Of a stretch of DNA of 64,000 bases, positions 48,735 to 61,243 are shown one piece after another. The notes beneath the pieces were generated by a model, which was not told the origin of the DNA, made no database searches, and saw only the letters and a list, made by a program, of their open reading frames with translations. The translations under genes were made by a program, and so were the position numbers. Position 1 is the first letter of the stretch; the number at the start of each line of letters is the position of its first letter. The stretch spans positions 37,326,991-37,390,990 of the forward strand of contig NC_057732.1 in NCBI RefSeq assembly GCF_004010195.1, read 5' to 3'. The stretch comes from Chiloscyllium plagiosum. Its lineage: Eukaryota.

Positions 48735-48800
48735 CCTTATTAGCCAATCACCGCTCGCCTCCTGTATTCCAGCCTCTCCTTCGACGTCATGGTGACCGTT
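48735..48800 (-). other. CALU: Candidate non-coding exon 1 of CALU (5' end uncertain)
   Basis: Consensus donor AAGG|GTGAGT at 48735/48734, at the edge of the window's only clear CpG-rich non-repeat segment, upstream of exon 2. Confidence 0.6.
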
Positions 48801-49045
48801 CTTCATTGGTGGGTTATCGCACGGGCTGCTATTGGCCGTAAACCGCCACGTCGCGCGTCCAGTTGTCCCGTTACGTGAGCAAGCGCGTGTCCCAGGGTAT
48901 GCGCCGGCGCAGTTATGTTAGCCATGGCTGATCGCCATGGGAACCGGGGTGGTGCCTCTGATTTCAGCGCCTTACATGGATGTGGTATTGGAGCTTTGAG
49001 GAGTAACGGTTGTCGATTGTGAAACAAATAGCTAATTGGCGTCCA
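48740..49045 (-). promoter_or_regulatory. CpG-rich putative CALU promoter with CCAAT boxes and ACGT-core (CRE/UPRE-like) motifs
   Basis: Dense CpG (cgacgtca, ccgccacgtcgcgcg, ttacgtga, gcgccggcg). CCAAT/ATTGG at about 48744, 48805, 48831, 48988 and 49035. Confidence 0.65.
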
Positions 49046-49245
49046 CAGAAATAGGACATTCTTCCCTACAGTTCTGCTTCAACTGCGTAGCTAGGGAGAT
49101 TAAATCGTTGAGGCGTGGTGAAGTTAAGGACATTTTGTCGTGGAAGACGTTCCTTGGCTTGGAGGGGGAGGGGGAGGGGTGAAGTTGAACTTGAACTTGA
49201 ATTTATAAGGCCAGCGTGAGAGATCCCAAACAACCAACCAGACCA

Positions 49246-50590
49246 GATGACCACCGCCAGAGTCAGCACGGGAACAGAGCCTTCGGACCAACTTGTCCAT
49301 GCCGACGTGATATCTGAAAATAAGCCTATCCAATTTGCCAGCATTTGGCTGACATCTCTTAGACCCTTCCTAAACATATACCCATCCAGATGCCTTTGGA
49401 GTGTTTTTATTGTACCTGTCTACACCACTTCTGGCAGCTCATGCCATAAATGCGCCACCTGTGTAAAATAATTGCCCCTCAGCTTGCTTTTAAACATGTT
49501 CCCATCTAGTTTTGGACACTCATACGCTGGGAAAAAGACCTTGGCTATTCATCCTCTCTATGTCCTTCGTGATTTTATAAACCTATATAAGGTCACTCCT
49601 CTGACGCTTCAGGAAAATTGTGGGCGGCACGGTGGCACAGTGGTTAGCACTGCTGCCTCACAGCGCCAGAGACCCGGGTTCAATTCCTGCCTCAGGCGAC
49701 TGACTGTGTGGAGTTTGCACGTTCTCCCCATGTCTGCGTGGGTTTCCTCCGGGTGCTCCGGTTTCCTCCCACAGCCACAAAGATGTGCAGGTCAGGTGAA
49801 TTGGCCATGCTAAATTGCCTGTAGTGTTAGGTAAGGGGTAAATGTAGGGGTATGGGTGGGTTGCGCTTCGGCGGGGCGGTGTGGACTTGTTGGGCCGAAG
49901 GGCCTGTTTCCACACTGTAAGTAATCTAAAAAAAAGCTCCAGTTTGGTAGATGTCCAGTTTGGTAGATGTCCTGGATGGGATACTCTTCAGAGAGTCAGT
50001 GTGGACTTGTTGGGCTGAATGGCTTGTTTCCACACTGAGGATTCTATTCAGCCTCTCACTGTAGCTCAAACTCTCCAATCCTGGTAACATCTTTGTAAAT
50101 CTTTTCTGAGCCCTTTCAAATTTAACAACATTTTTCCTATAGTGGGGAGACCAGAATTGAATGCTGTATTCTAAAAGTGGCTTCACCGGTATCCTGTGCA
50201 GCCACTAAATGATGTTCCAACTCCAATATGCAATGCACTGACCAATGAAGGTAGGTATGCCAAACATCTCCTTCAGCACCCTATCTACCTGTGACTACTG
50301 GTAAGGAACTATGCAACTGCATCCTGAGGATCTATATTAGGCACTCCAGGAACTCACCATTAAGTGTATAAGTCCTGCCCTGGTTTACCTTACTAAAATG
50401 CAGCACCTCACATTTATCTAAATTAAACCCTACATGCCATCCATTGGCCCATCTGATCAAGGTCCTGTTGTACTCTGAAATAACCTTCTTCACTATCCAC
50501 TATACCACCAATTTTGGTGTCATCTGCAAACTTACTAATCATATCTCCTGTATTCGCATCAAAATCATTTATATAAATGACAAAAAGCAG
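49246..50590 (-). mobile_element. CR1 3' fragment with inserted HE1 SINE (49622-49928, +)
   Basis: KPLLEYSIQFWSPHYRKNV, SKFADDTK on the minus strand; full SINE inside. Confidence 0.85.
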
Positions 50591-50619
50591 ATGTTGAGGA
50601 AGTGCGAAACTTCAAAAGG

Positions 50620-51430
50620 ATTATAGACAAGCTGTGGAGTGGGTGGCAAGGTGGCGGATGAGGTTCAATGCAAGGAAGTGAGAGGTGATGCATTTTTTTA
50701 AGAACACTGCAAGATAATATAAAATAGGGGATATAATTCTAAAAGGTCTGTGGGAATAGAGAGACCTCTTGGGTGTATATGTGCACAGATCATTAAAGGT
50801 AATAGAATAGGTGGAGAGAGCAATTACTAAAGTGTCCTTGACTTTATTAATGAGAGCATAGAGTACAAGCGCATTAGGTGATGTTGAATGTGTATAAGAC
50901 ACATGGTAGACCCCTGCTTGTGTGTTTTTGTGGGTGCCACATTATGTGGCAAGATGTGAATGTATTGTAGAGTGCAGACATTTTTAGAAGAATGGTTCCA
51001 GGTATGTACCAAAAGGCCTCTTCTGTGCTGTGTGACTCTGAGAACAAATTGAAGAATTTCGGACTGTTCTCCATGGACAGAAGGCTGAAAGAAGAATTGA
51101 TAGAGGCTTTCAAAATCATGAGCAGGCTGGATAAAGTAGACAAAGAGTAGCTGTTCCCACTAGTGAAAGGAACAAGAGTGAGAGGGTGTAGATTTGAAGT
51201 GATATACAAAAAAAGCAAAGGCGATGTGAGAAACATGTTTTCATACAATGAGTAGTTAGTGTATGGAATACATTGCCTAAAAATGTGAGGTAAGTTCATT
51301 TGGGACATTCAAGGGCATTGGGTGATTATTTGGATAGAAATAGCGTGCAAGGGTATGGGTAGAAAGCAGGAGATTGACATTAGTTAAAGATGCTCATTTG
51401 AAGAGCTAGTGCACCCTTCTGCGCCATAAC
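50620..51430 (+). mobile_element. CR1 3' fragment
   Basis: Degenerate ORF2 C-terminal motifs. Confidence 0.7.
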
Positions 51431-51485
51431 AATTGTGAAATAAGGAGCAAGCCTATAAAATCCAGGATATTTGGTGATCCTGTTT

Positions 51486-51796
51486 TAGATTAGATTAGAT
51501 TACAGTGTGGAAACAGGCCCTTCGGCCCAACAAGTCCACACTGACCCGCCGAAGCGTAACCCACCCATTCCCCTACATTTACCCCTTACCTAACACTACA
51601 GGCAATTTAGCATGGCCAATTCACCTTACCTGCACATCTTTGGACTGTGGGAGGAAACCGGAGCACCCGGAGGAAACCCACGCAGACACGGGGAGAACGT
51701 GCAAACTCCACACAGACAGTAGTCCGGGGCGGGAATTGAACCCAGGTCTCTGGCGCTGTGAGGCAGCAGTGCTAACCACTGTGCCACCGTGCTGCC
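51486..51796 (-). mobile_element. HE1-type SINE
   Basis: Full-length, near consensus. Confidence 0.9.
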
Positions 51797-52549
51797 TATT
51801 TCTAACCCTATTTTTATCCAACACTATAAGGGACCATAACACGTTTCTCCTTTATCATCATGTGTTTAGATATTTTCTAATCAACCTATACAGAGATGTT
51901 ATTACACACCACTGGAACAGGTGGGGTTTGAGCCTGGCCCTGGCTCAGAGGTAGGGATTCATGTGTTTTATCTAGCATTTCCTTAAATGCATCATTATTT
52001 TGCCATAATTGCTAATAGTAGCTAGTTTCACAAACTTCTTATACTGATAAACACATTTTGCTTTGTTGCCCACTGGATTAATTGACTATATTTACTGACC
52101 CTAGTTTTAGACTGTCCCACAAATGGAAATATTTTTTCAAAGTATACATTAATTAACTCCTATAACTTTAATCAACTCAGTTTGATCACTGTTTGTGTGT
52201 GCACTTAAGACCTTCCCTTAATCTTTCATTTCGCCGACTTGTATTGCCCTTTTTCTCTGCAAATCAGAATCACATTAAAAGGGTGTTCTTTAGGTTATAG
52301 TTGAGTATGTTAATTAATCACTCTTAACCTTTTTACCTAGCAGTGTAAAGCAATTATTTGGCATATCAAACCATCATTCATCATATTTACGCAAAAGCAA
52401 AACATGTGGATGCTGAAAATTTTAAATAACAGAAAATGCTGGAAATACTCAGGAGGTCAGGCACATCTGTCAGGGAAAAAAACTTCCAATGAATGACCAC
52501 CCATCCATACCTTTAAGATGTTGCCTATCTCCTGAGTATTTCCAATATT

Positions 52550-52862
52550 TTAGATTAGATTAGATTACTTACAGTGTGGAAACAGGCCCTTCGGCCCAAC
52601 AAGTCCACACCGACCCGCCGAAGCGCAACCCACCCATACCCCTACATTTACCCCTTTAACCTAACACTATGGGCAATTTAGCATGGCCAATTCACCTGAC
52701 CCGCACATCTTTTGGACTGTGGGAGGAAACCAGAGCACCCGGAGGAAACCCACGCAGACACGGGGAGAATGTGCAAACTCCACACAGTCAGTCGCCTGAG
52801 TCGGGAATTGAACCCGGGTCTCTGGCGCTGTGAGGCAGCAGTGCTAACCACCGTGCCGCCCA
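52550..52862 (-). mobile_element. HE1-type SINE
   Basis: Full-length, near consensus. Confidence 0.9.
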
Positions 52863-54100
52863 TTTTCTGCTTTTGCTTGACAAACTTGACAGAATTCAAC
52901 ACAGTAATGAAGATAGTTAGCTCTACATGCCTTAGCAGCGTGGTTGTTGGATTAATCAAAGACTAAAATTAGCTATAAGCAGATACACAGGTTCATTTCT
53001 TTAAAACATGGTGGATTTAAGAGGTGATATGGAGTACTCAAAATGAAATTTCAGTTTGTCCATTCCCCTCGTACCTATTTCCATTCATGGTAAATTGATA
53101 CTTCCGGGCTAAAGATGATTCCAGAGCAGTTTCCCAAACTTGAGGTGAAGCCCAGCTTGGACTAGGTGTTGGTGTCAGTATGGACTGGGCTGGTGCCAGC
53201 ATGGACGTATTCTGAACTTTTTTCTTTAGTTTTCTGATTTATGTTTTCCCCTAAGAATTTGTACTTAAAAATCTGTACCTAGGTACCTTTGTACCTAAGG
53301 TGGCGCCATAAGTGGCATTTGTAAACTGTACTCATGAGTACATGTGACAATAAAGCTGGTTCTATTCGATGGAGGGGACTGAAATATGAGAACACAATGA
53401 ATCAAGGGAAAGGGAGATTTCTTTTGCATCGAGGGTAGTTAGGATGTGAAAATACCTTGCAATTTTTAAAGCCAAGTGGATAAATATTTGAGAAGAAAAT
53501 TTCAAATATGTATTACAGAAGGACTGGCAATTGGGACAAAGTGCATAGTCCTTTCAAAGAGAAATACATGTTCAGAAAAATCTATTCTCAAATTCAACAG
53601 AAAAATTTGTTCTCCAATTCCATATATTCCTAGACTTGAACATTGATGGAGTTTCTGCTTCATTCAGTAATCCAGTTCACTGAGTGAATTCCAGAGCCTC
53701 GCTCTGCTATTGACACAAAATTTCTAATTCAACCTTGTCTCAATGACCTCACATTCTTGATCTCACTTGACCTTAGACTTGAAACAGTCTGCTTCAAAAC
53801 CACCCTATCTCATCTTTCCATAATATGGCCCTGCACAGATATTCCTGTTGTTCTAATTAAAAAAAAACACTTTTATGCCTGTTCATATTTGTATATGAGC
53901 TCGATACAATGGACAGAATAGATTAATTTCTGTTAGCAGTAAGGTCAAAAACCAGGGGACATAAATTTAAAGCATTTGGTGGAAGAATGTGAGAAATTAT
54001 GGGAAAATTCTCTCAGTCACATGGTTATACTGTTTTTGTCATAGGGTTTAAGAAGTCAAATCTGGTAGAGGCCTCGTCATATTTAACATACACTTTGATG

Positions 54101-57100
54101 GGGGGATCCAAGATGGTGGCAGTCTGAGTGGCCTGCTGTGCTGAGGTATGTGCCATACCCACTGGCAAGGTGGACCTTTACCCCCCTCACCAAACACCCC
54201 CAGGAGAAAAAAGTACTAATTTAAACTTCCTGACCATTTGGACCTGCTGAAATCGTGTGTGACAGCTTTAAGGCCAGGATGAAATCGAATAAAGGAAGGG
54301 GGCCTGAAAGAGCACAGCAGAGAGGGCACTCCCCTACTGCCTCGGGGGTGCTTGCAGCCAGTGCTCAAATCCTGGGATGGCCCTTTTGATCCAACAGGAC
54401 AACAGCATTTACTCTCAGAGTTTGTCAAACTCTGAGAATGGATTCAAGCAGCAGTTGAGCCACTATCTGCCATGCTGAAAAAGCATGAGCAGGAAATCCA
54501 AATGCTGGATCGAAGAATGGAGGCTGTGGAGGAGAAGACTGCAGCATCGGAAACTGTAGCAGAGGTCACGGGAGGAAGGATCCGAACACTGGAAGACCAG
54601 GTTCAGGTCCTTCAGGAACAAGTCAACTACCTGGAAAATAAAAATAGAAGGAAAAACTTACGCATCGTGAGTCTTTCAGAATGCAAGGAAGGCGAGGATC
54701 TTGTCGGCTACGTGCAGGGGTGACTCCTGAAGTCCCTGGGGCTGGGGTTGGAGTCGGGCCTGGTAAGCATGGAGCGGGCCCACCGTATCGCAATGCGCAG
54801 GTCTAGGCCGGACCTGCACCCCTGCGCTGTCCTAGTGCAGCTTCTGCATTATAAAGAAAACCAATTAATAGTTGAAACAGCAAGAAGACTGGGAAGAAAT
54901 TCACAGATTTTAATGTACAAAGGCTCAAGGATAATGTTTTTTCAGGAGCCCTAATAAAGAAGAGAAGGACATTTGATGAAGTCAAGAAAGAATTAAGGTA
55001 CCTGAACATTCAATACTCCTTGAGGTACCTGGCGTGTTGCATTTTGCCCATAGGTAGACGATATATGACTTTGACTCTGCAGAATAGGTGGAGGACTTTA
55101 TGAAGTCTTTGAATTGAAGGACCTGATTCAGGGTGAGAGAGGAGGGGGCATCATTGCAGACAATGGCGTAGGTTTTCTTATTGCCCCCTTTTTTTTACTT
55201 CTCTCCCCCCCTTTCTTTTTTGTGGGATTGGTTTTAAATATGTACAGCTTTGTTGTAAAATTGAAATTATATATTGGTCGGTTGGGTATTATCTAGGGCT
55301 CCTATTTTTACTGCTGTCCTTTTGATTTTGGGGATGGCTATATCTGTGGTTAAGCTGAGTGGAGGGGGGAGATGGGCATCCATTGTTCCCTTTCAGAATG
55401 TAAATAACAGGTTTTCCTCATTTGTGAATTGGCTGGGGCTAGAGCATGGCCTCAGCTAGAGGGAGTTAAGATTGTAGTAAGGATTGAAAGGGGTGCCCCT
55501 ATGGGCAAAGGGGATGATCTCTAGCAAATTGGGGGTTATTTGGGTATTCATTTCAGTTAAATGTAGTGTTTGTTTTTAGTTGTAGTAGTTTCTATAGGAG
55601 TAGTTTTTAGGTCTTATAGTGTTAATGTCTTTGTAGCTCATCACACGTCAGATAAGGTCCCTCCTTCTGGGAAACCACAGGCTGCCCTGGATGACCATGG
55701 CTAGTGATTTATTCAGATGGTACACCTGGAATATAAAAAGGAGCCATTCCCCTCCTAAAAAAAGGTGTTATCAAGCCTTAGGAAGGAAAAGGTGGACATT
55801 GTCTTGCTGCAGGAGACGCATCTAATTGATAAGGAGCATCTGAAATTGCAGCAGGAGGGTTATGACAGGGTATTTTTCTTCTCCTTCAGCTCTAAGAGTA
55901 GCGAAGTGGCTATGTTGGTAAGAAAGAACCTCCGTTTCGAGGTAATGGAGCAGATTAAGGATGAACATAGACAGTTTATCATTCTTAAAGCCCTAAAACA
56001 TGGAGAAGAGTATGGCATCTTGAATGTATATTGTCCCCTGGTGCACCCTCTTAAATTTCTAATTGATGCAGTGGCTAAATTAATGAATCTTAGGGTGCAC
56101 CATACGATTATAGGAGGGGATTTTAATCGCCTAATAGGTCCCGAGATTGACAGGATGCCAAGAGGCCTGGCAGGTACGCCTGCGCAGTCTAAGCACTTGG
56201 TGGACATGTGTGAAGAGTTGGGACTAGTGGATGTGTGGAGGTATCTCCACCCTAATGGAGGAGACTTTGCGTTCTACTCCAACCCACACAAGTGCCATAC
56301 GTGAATTGACATGTTTTTTTATGCCAGCTGACTGTTTGGCAGAACATTGGCAATATTGGGAACATAGCTATTTCAGATCTTGCGCCAGTGTATCTAGATG
56401 TTAAAGTCAAGGGTGGTGGAATGGATACACATCACTGGCGCATGGATCCATTTTTGTTAGGGGATGGCAAATTTGTTGACTATATTAGAAGAGAGTCCAG
56501 GACCTTTTGGGATATTAACTCTGGTACAGCCAGTAATCTGGCAATACTCTGGGAGGCCACTAACGCATATTTATGAGGCCTGATCATCTCGTATTCAACG
56601 ACTAGAAGGAGGCAGAGGGAGAAGCAGCAACGGGTGCTGGAGGCCCAGCTGAAGGTAGCTGAGAAAACATAATTGGCTGACATTGATTAAGCTGCAGCAG
56701 GGCACAGCTCTCCGGGCTGCTCTCAACTCATTGCACGCACAAGTGGCTAAAAAAGACGTCTCCTTTGCCAAGCCAAGACCGTTTGAATTTGGAGATAAGC
56801 TGGGTAGATATCTGGCATGCTTGACTAGTAGGAAGAAAGCTTCCCAATCTATTACATCTGATAGGGAGAAGGCTGGTACGGTTACCCGTGAGTAGAAGAA
56901 GATCAATGTTAAGTTTAGGGAATAATTTGTAGAGCTACATCGGTTGGAGGGAGGGGCGAACACAGTTACAATGGGAATGCACTTCTTTTTTGAAAATCTG
57001 AACCTCCCCAGTATAAACACAGAACAGGCTTCCCTTTTGAATGTGCCTATAATGGTACAGGAAGTGCAGGAAGCAATAAGGCATCTCCAGGGTGACAAAG

Positions 57101-59328
57101 CACTGGGGCCAGATGGATTCCCAACCGAATTCTATAAGGAACATTGGGATAGGTAATCGACAGGGGTGTCCTCTTTCACCGCTGTTATTTACCTTCATGA
57201 TTGAGCCATTAGCTGAAGCCATCAGGAGGGATCCTGAAATAATGGCACCAAGGGTGGGAATGGGGAGCACAAGCTGTCCTTTTGTTCTTGGCCAATCCAC
57301 AGAAGTCTGTTCCTTGACTGATTCAAACAATTAATTTATTTTGTAGTTTCTCGGATTACAGGATCAATTTTACAATATTGGAAGCCATGCCGGTAGGGGG
57401 AATAGTGGAGGTGCCTAATCTGAAGGATGAAATGCAGTTCCCGTTTAGATGGTCGTCAAAAGATTTTTTATATTGGGAATTTTTATTACCCCTTCTTTTC
57501 CCCAGCTGTATAAAGCTAACTGTACAACTACTAGAGAGGATAAAACAGGATTTGCAGCGGTGGGAGGGGTTACCATTATTGTGGTTGGGCTGAATAGCCC
57601 TGATTAAAATGAATATTCTTCCTCGCCTGTTGTACCCCATGAGAATGCTCCCGTTGTTGTTACCTGGACAAGTGTTACGGAGGCTCAATGGTTGGCCAGG
57701 GTCCTTTATCTGGTACCACAGACGTCCTCTAATTAAATTCACTAAATTGCAGCCTTCACAAGGTAAGGGAGGGGTGGATCTTCTGGATTTGAAGAAATAC
57801 CAGATAATTGCCCTGTCAACATATGTGGTTGACTGGGTACAGGGGAGTTCTGAGTCAATTTGGCTTGATATTGAAGCCTTGCAGTCAAGATGCCCTTTAA
57901 TTAATTTATTATTTATGGATAAGATGAAATCCGTGACCCAGCAGTGTAAGAGGCCAATTATTTTAAATACAGTGAGAGCCTGGAGGATAATGAGGCAAGA
58001 TGAGGGCAATTTGTCAAATACTTCGCCATTTACCCCGTTGATGGGAGCCTAAGGATTTAAACCTGGGGCAATGGACTCCAGCTTTAAGGCATGGGAGAAT
58101 ACGGGAATCTCCTGTCTGGGAGATTTATTAGAGGGAAAGGTCCTGATGTCATTTAGTGAGTTAAGTCAGAAATATAGATTGTCTAATAGGGACCTTGTCT
58201 GATACTTTCAGATAAGGGACTATATACAAAGGAAGACCACGTTCCTGGTTCAATGTTACAATCAGACGTGGAGAAAGGAATGCTCTGGTGTGCGGGTATT
58301 TATATCATTTACAGAAAGGTCGTGCCCTGAGGGATGTGGAAGGACTCTGTAGGACGTAGAACGGAGAGCTAGGAGAGGATATTTCATCGGAGGTATGGGA
58401 AGACCTATGGGGAAATGTAAGGAAAATTTCAGCATGTAACAGAATGCAGGCATGCAATTGAAGATCTTATACAGGGCTCATATGGCGCCAGAGAGGCTAG
58501 CTAAGTTCAACAGAGTGTCCCAAATCATCAGGGTGTCCCAAATGTAAAATTAATATTGGGACTCTTACACACATTGCTACTGGTCCTGTTGTAAGATCCA
58601 GAGATACTGGAGTGCTATAGTAAGGGAGCTAAAGGACATCCTGGGGATTAAAATTAATGTGTATCTGGTATTTCTTCATTTGGGGTTGCCAAATTTGCCC
58701 TCTCTGGGGGAATACGGGAAGAGATTATGTAACATTCTTCCCCATTGTGTGAATTGGATATCAGAAAAACCACCAGGTCTTATGAGTGGCGTAGGCTGGT
58801 GATGGAGCATCTCCCTCAAGACTACCTCACAAATATGGTGCACCACAAAATGGAGCAATTTTACAAGACATGTTGGCCCTTTTAAAATTATATTGACGCA
58901 GACTTATCAGCAATACTAATTAGGGCCATAGTATAGCTGTGGGAATCAGTATGGGTGCCCCTGGGGTCCCGGGAGGAAGAGGCTGGGGGGAAAAAAAGAG
59001 TACGGGTACTATAGGTGATGCTCCCAGGGATGGACGCCTCAGTGGAGGAGTGATGAGTGAAATAGAATAAAGTAGTGAGATATTATTTAATTTAAGTTAA
59101 TTGAATTTAGCTGAAATTAGTATTTATTTAATATGTTTGTAGTTTAGTTTAAGTTAAGTAAATATGTTTGTTCTGGTAGAATAGTAGGTCGTTCATTAAT
59201 AATAGTACTGCGTTATGGCTTTGTTGTACTGCCTATTTTTCTGTTTTGATGATGTTACTTTTTTTTGTATATAAATGTTTTGTAAAAGATTTAAAAAGGT
59301 TTTCAATAAAAATATTTATTAGAAAAAA
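54101..59328 (+). mobile_element. L1-clade LINE with both ends, degenerate, internally deleted
   Basis: 5' GGGGGATCCAAGATGG; ORF1 coiled coil + LENKNRRKNLRIV + ERAHR; ORF2 DIVLLQETH, IIGGDFN, GPDGFPTEFY, RQGCPLSPLLF, MNILPRLLY; AATAAA plus A tail; TSD acactt(t/g)gatg at 54090-54100 and 59329-59339. Confidence 0.92.
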
Positions 59329-60977
59329 ACACTTGGATGTGCAGTTGAAGTGCTGTAACTTCCAGGTCATTAATATCTTTTTATTTCCCTAACTGTTATG
59401 AAGGGGTGACCACACATCCTAATATAATCTGAAAATGGACCAGGTTAGCTTTATCAAAAATGTTCCATTGTGATACTTTATCTTTTGAAAAATGTAACTC
59501 AATCTCCACTATATTTTCTTTATCAGCACACTCCAATATTTTCTCAAGGAGCTGCATTATGCTTCACCCTCATTACCGAAGGATGTTCATAAAGAAAATC
59601 TGTGTGGTTTCTCCAATGTAATGGTACCTTGTGTGTTTACTGCATTTCTAAAGTATGAGACAGACATTTAAAAAAAAGTTTTAAACTCCGTTCCCTTACA
59701 AATATGACTTTTGCTAAGTACTTAAAAAGAACTTGAAAATTGCTAAAAAATAAATAAATTATGTTGAAGCTATTTGCCTTACAGATCACCGGACAACATA
59801 AGAATGCAAAATTTTAAACAATTCATAGCAATTAATGATATAGGAGAAATGGGTGCTAATTAGTTGATAAGTTAACTTTGATTGACTGGGGAATTGCTAT
59901 AAAATAAGCAATGCGAACTAAGCTCCTGGATAATTCAAAAAAGTACAAAACCTGAACATATTCCTTAGTTTGCTGAAAATGGGTGCCTGCATATGAATAC
60001 ACATTCTTCTAGCAAGCATAAAGTTAGCCACATCATAAATGTTACTGATTACCTGAAATTGATGGTTTCTGTGACAATAGCACAGTCAGTTTTACATGGC
60101 AGTGCTACCCAGTAATAGAATTACACCTAAAAGGTTCAGCACAATGTCTTTCTTTTCGGTAATATTTAGATCTGCTTTGTGGAGAAATCTGTACTGAAGG
60201 TAATGATGACAATGCTATGAGAACTCAAATTTTATTCAATCCCCTTAAAAATCCTGCCCCAGCATTTTTTGTTCTTGAACTTGGCACAAAAAGGGATTAA
60301 GATACTGTTAGATAGTGTATAGGAAGCCTTATTTTGCATATACCTATATGATCTCAAGAGTGTTAGATTGTGTGAACAGTTTTACTGTGGATCTAATCTG
60401 TACTGCATCTGACTTGATGGTCATTGTGTTGAGGAGCTAAACTGTTTATCTAACTTATATTGCATCTGACCTGGAGAAGCTTTGCACAGCTTCTACTCTG
60501 TGCTGTACCTAGCCTAAAAGAGGTTGATGGAAGCTGTACCTTATTTCCATGAGTGTCTTTGGGTGTTCTCCTGTTCGGTAACTGGTAACTTGAAATGAAA
60601 ACCTGGGCTGCACCATGTAAACTCTGATGTGTATTACAAGAAACCCTTGAGGAAATTTCCAGTGTATATCAAACCCATGCTATATTCAACCTGCTGATGA
60701 ATAATCTAGAGAAAACTTTACTCTGTATATGGCTCATACTGTTTTTGCCCTTAAAGACTTGATGGGACAGGGTAGAGGCAACCTTCCAGTATATTTAAAG
60801 ATAAATGATAGTAATCTTGAATTGCGGGATAAGCTGAGAAAATATTCAGCAATTAAATTACTGACTAGTGTATATTGACAGTTTGTTGTCACATCATAAT
60901 CAAAAAGTGTCAGATACAGATAATTTTTTAATATAAATCAAACAGATTTTGTCTTCCAAAAAACATAAAATTTAAAA

Positions 60978-61243
60978 CTATCTAAGGCCAACAGCAATGA
61001 GGCTGCTAAGCCTGGAAAGTGGCATTAGTGTTGGTCGGTCACGTTCCCAGAGTCCGAAATAGGTGCGGTCTTCATCTTCTGCCTCAAATGCATTAGATTC
61101 TCCTTCACCTTCTTCCTCCTCCTCTTGTTCTCCAGTTTCAGCTTTCTTCTGTTTACAGGGCAGGGTGTGTTGTGCCAAGTCTTGATTACACGTTTTGCAG
61201 TGATCACAGGAGCATCTTTCAATAATCTGTTCCCACTCGTCTC
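60978..61243 (-). CDS. Possible terminal coding exon of an unidentified upstream gene
   Basis: ttttgtgtgtAG| acceptor at 61244/61243, then an open frame with Cys/His cluster CSCDHCKTC and an acidic EQEEEEEGEGE tract up to TAG. No family recognised. Confidence 0.35.

Noticed and set aside
48831-48850. Canonical ERSE
   Set aside because: Orientation and spacing do not match CCAAT-N9-CCACG or ATTGG-N-CCACG.
49622-49700. tRNA-like A/B boxes at SINE heads as tRNA genes
   Set aside because: They continue into the V-SINE body and tail and lack a proper cloverleaf end.
49937-49972. Short tandem duplication tccagtttggtagatg x2
   Set aside because: Local slippage next to a SINE tail; no functional signal.
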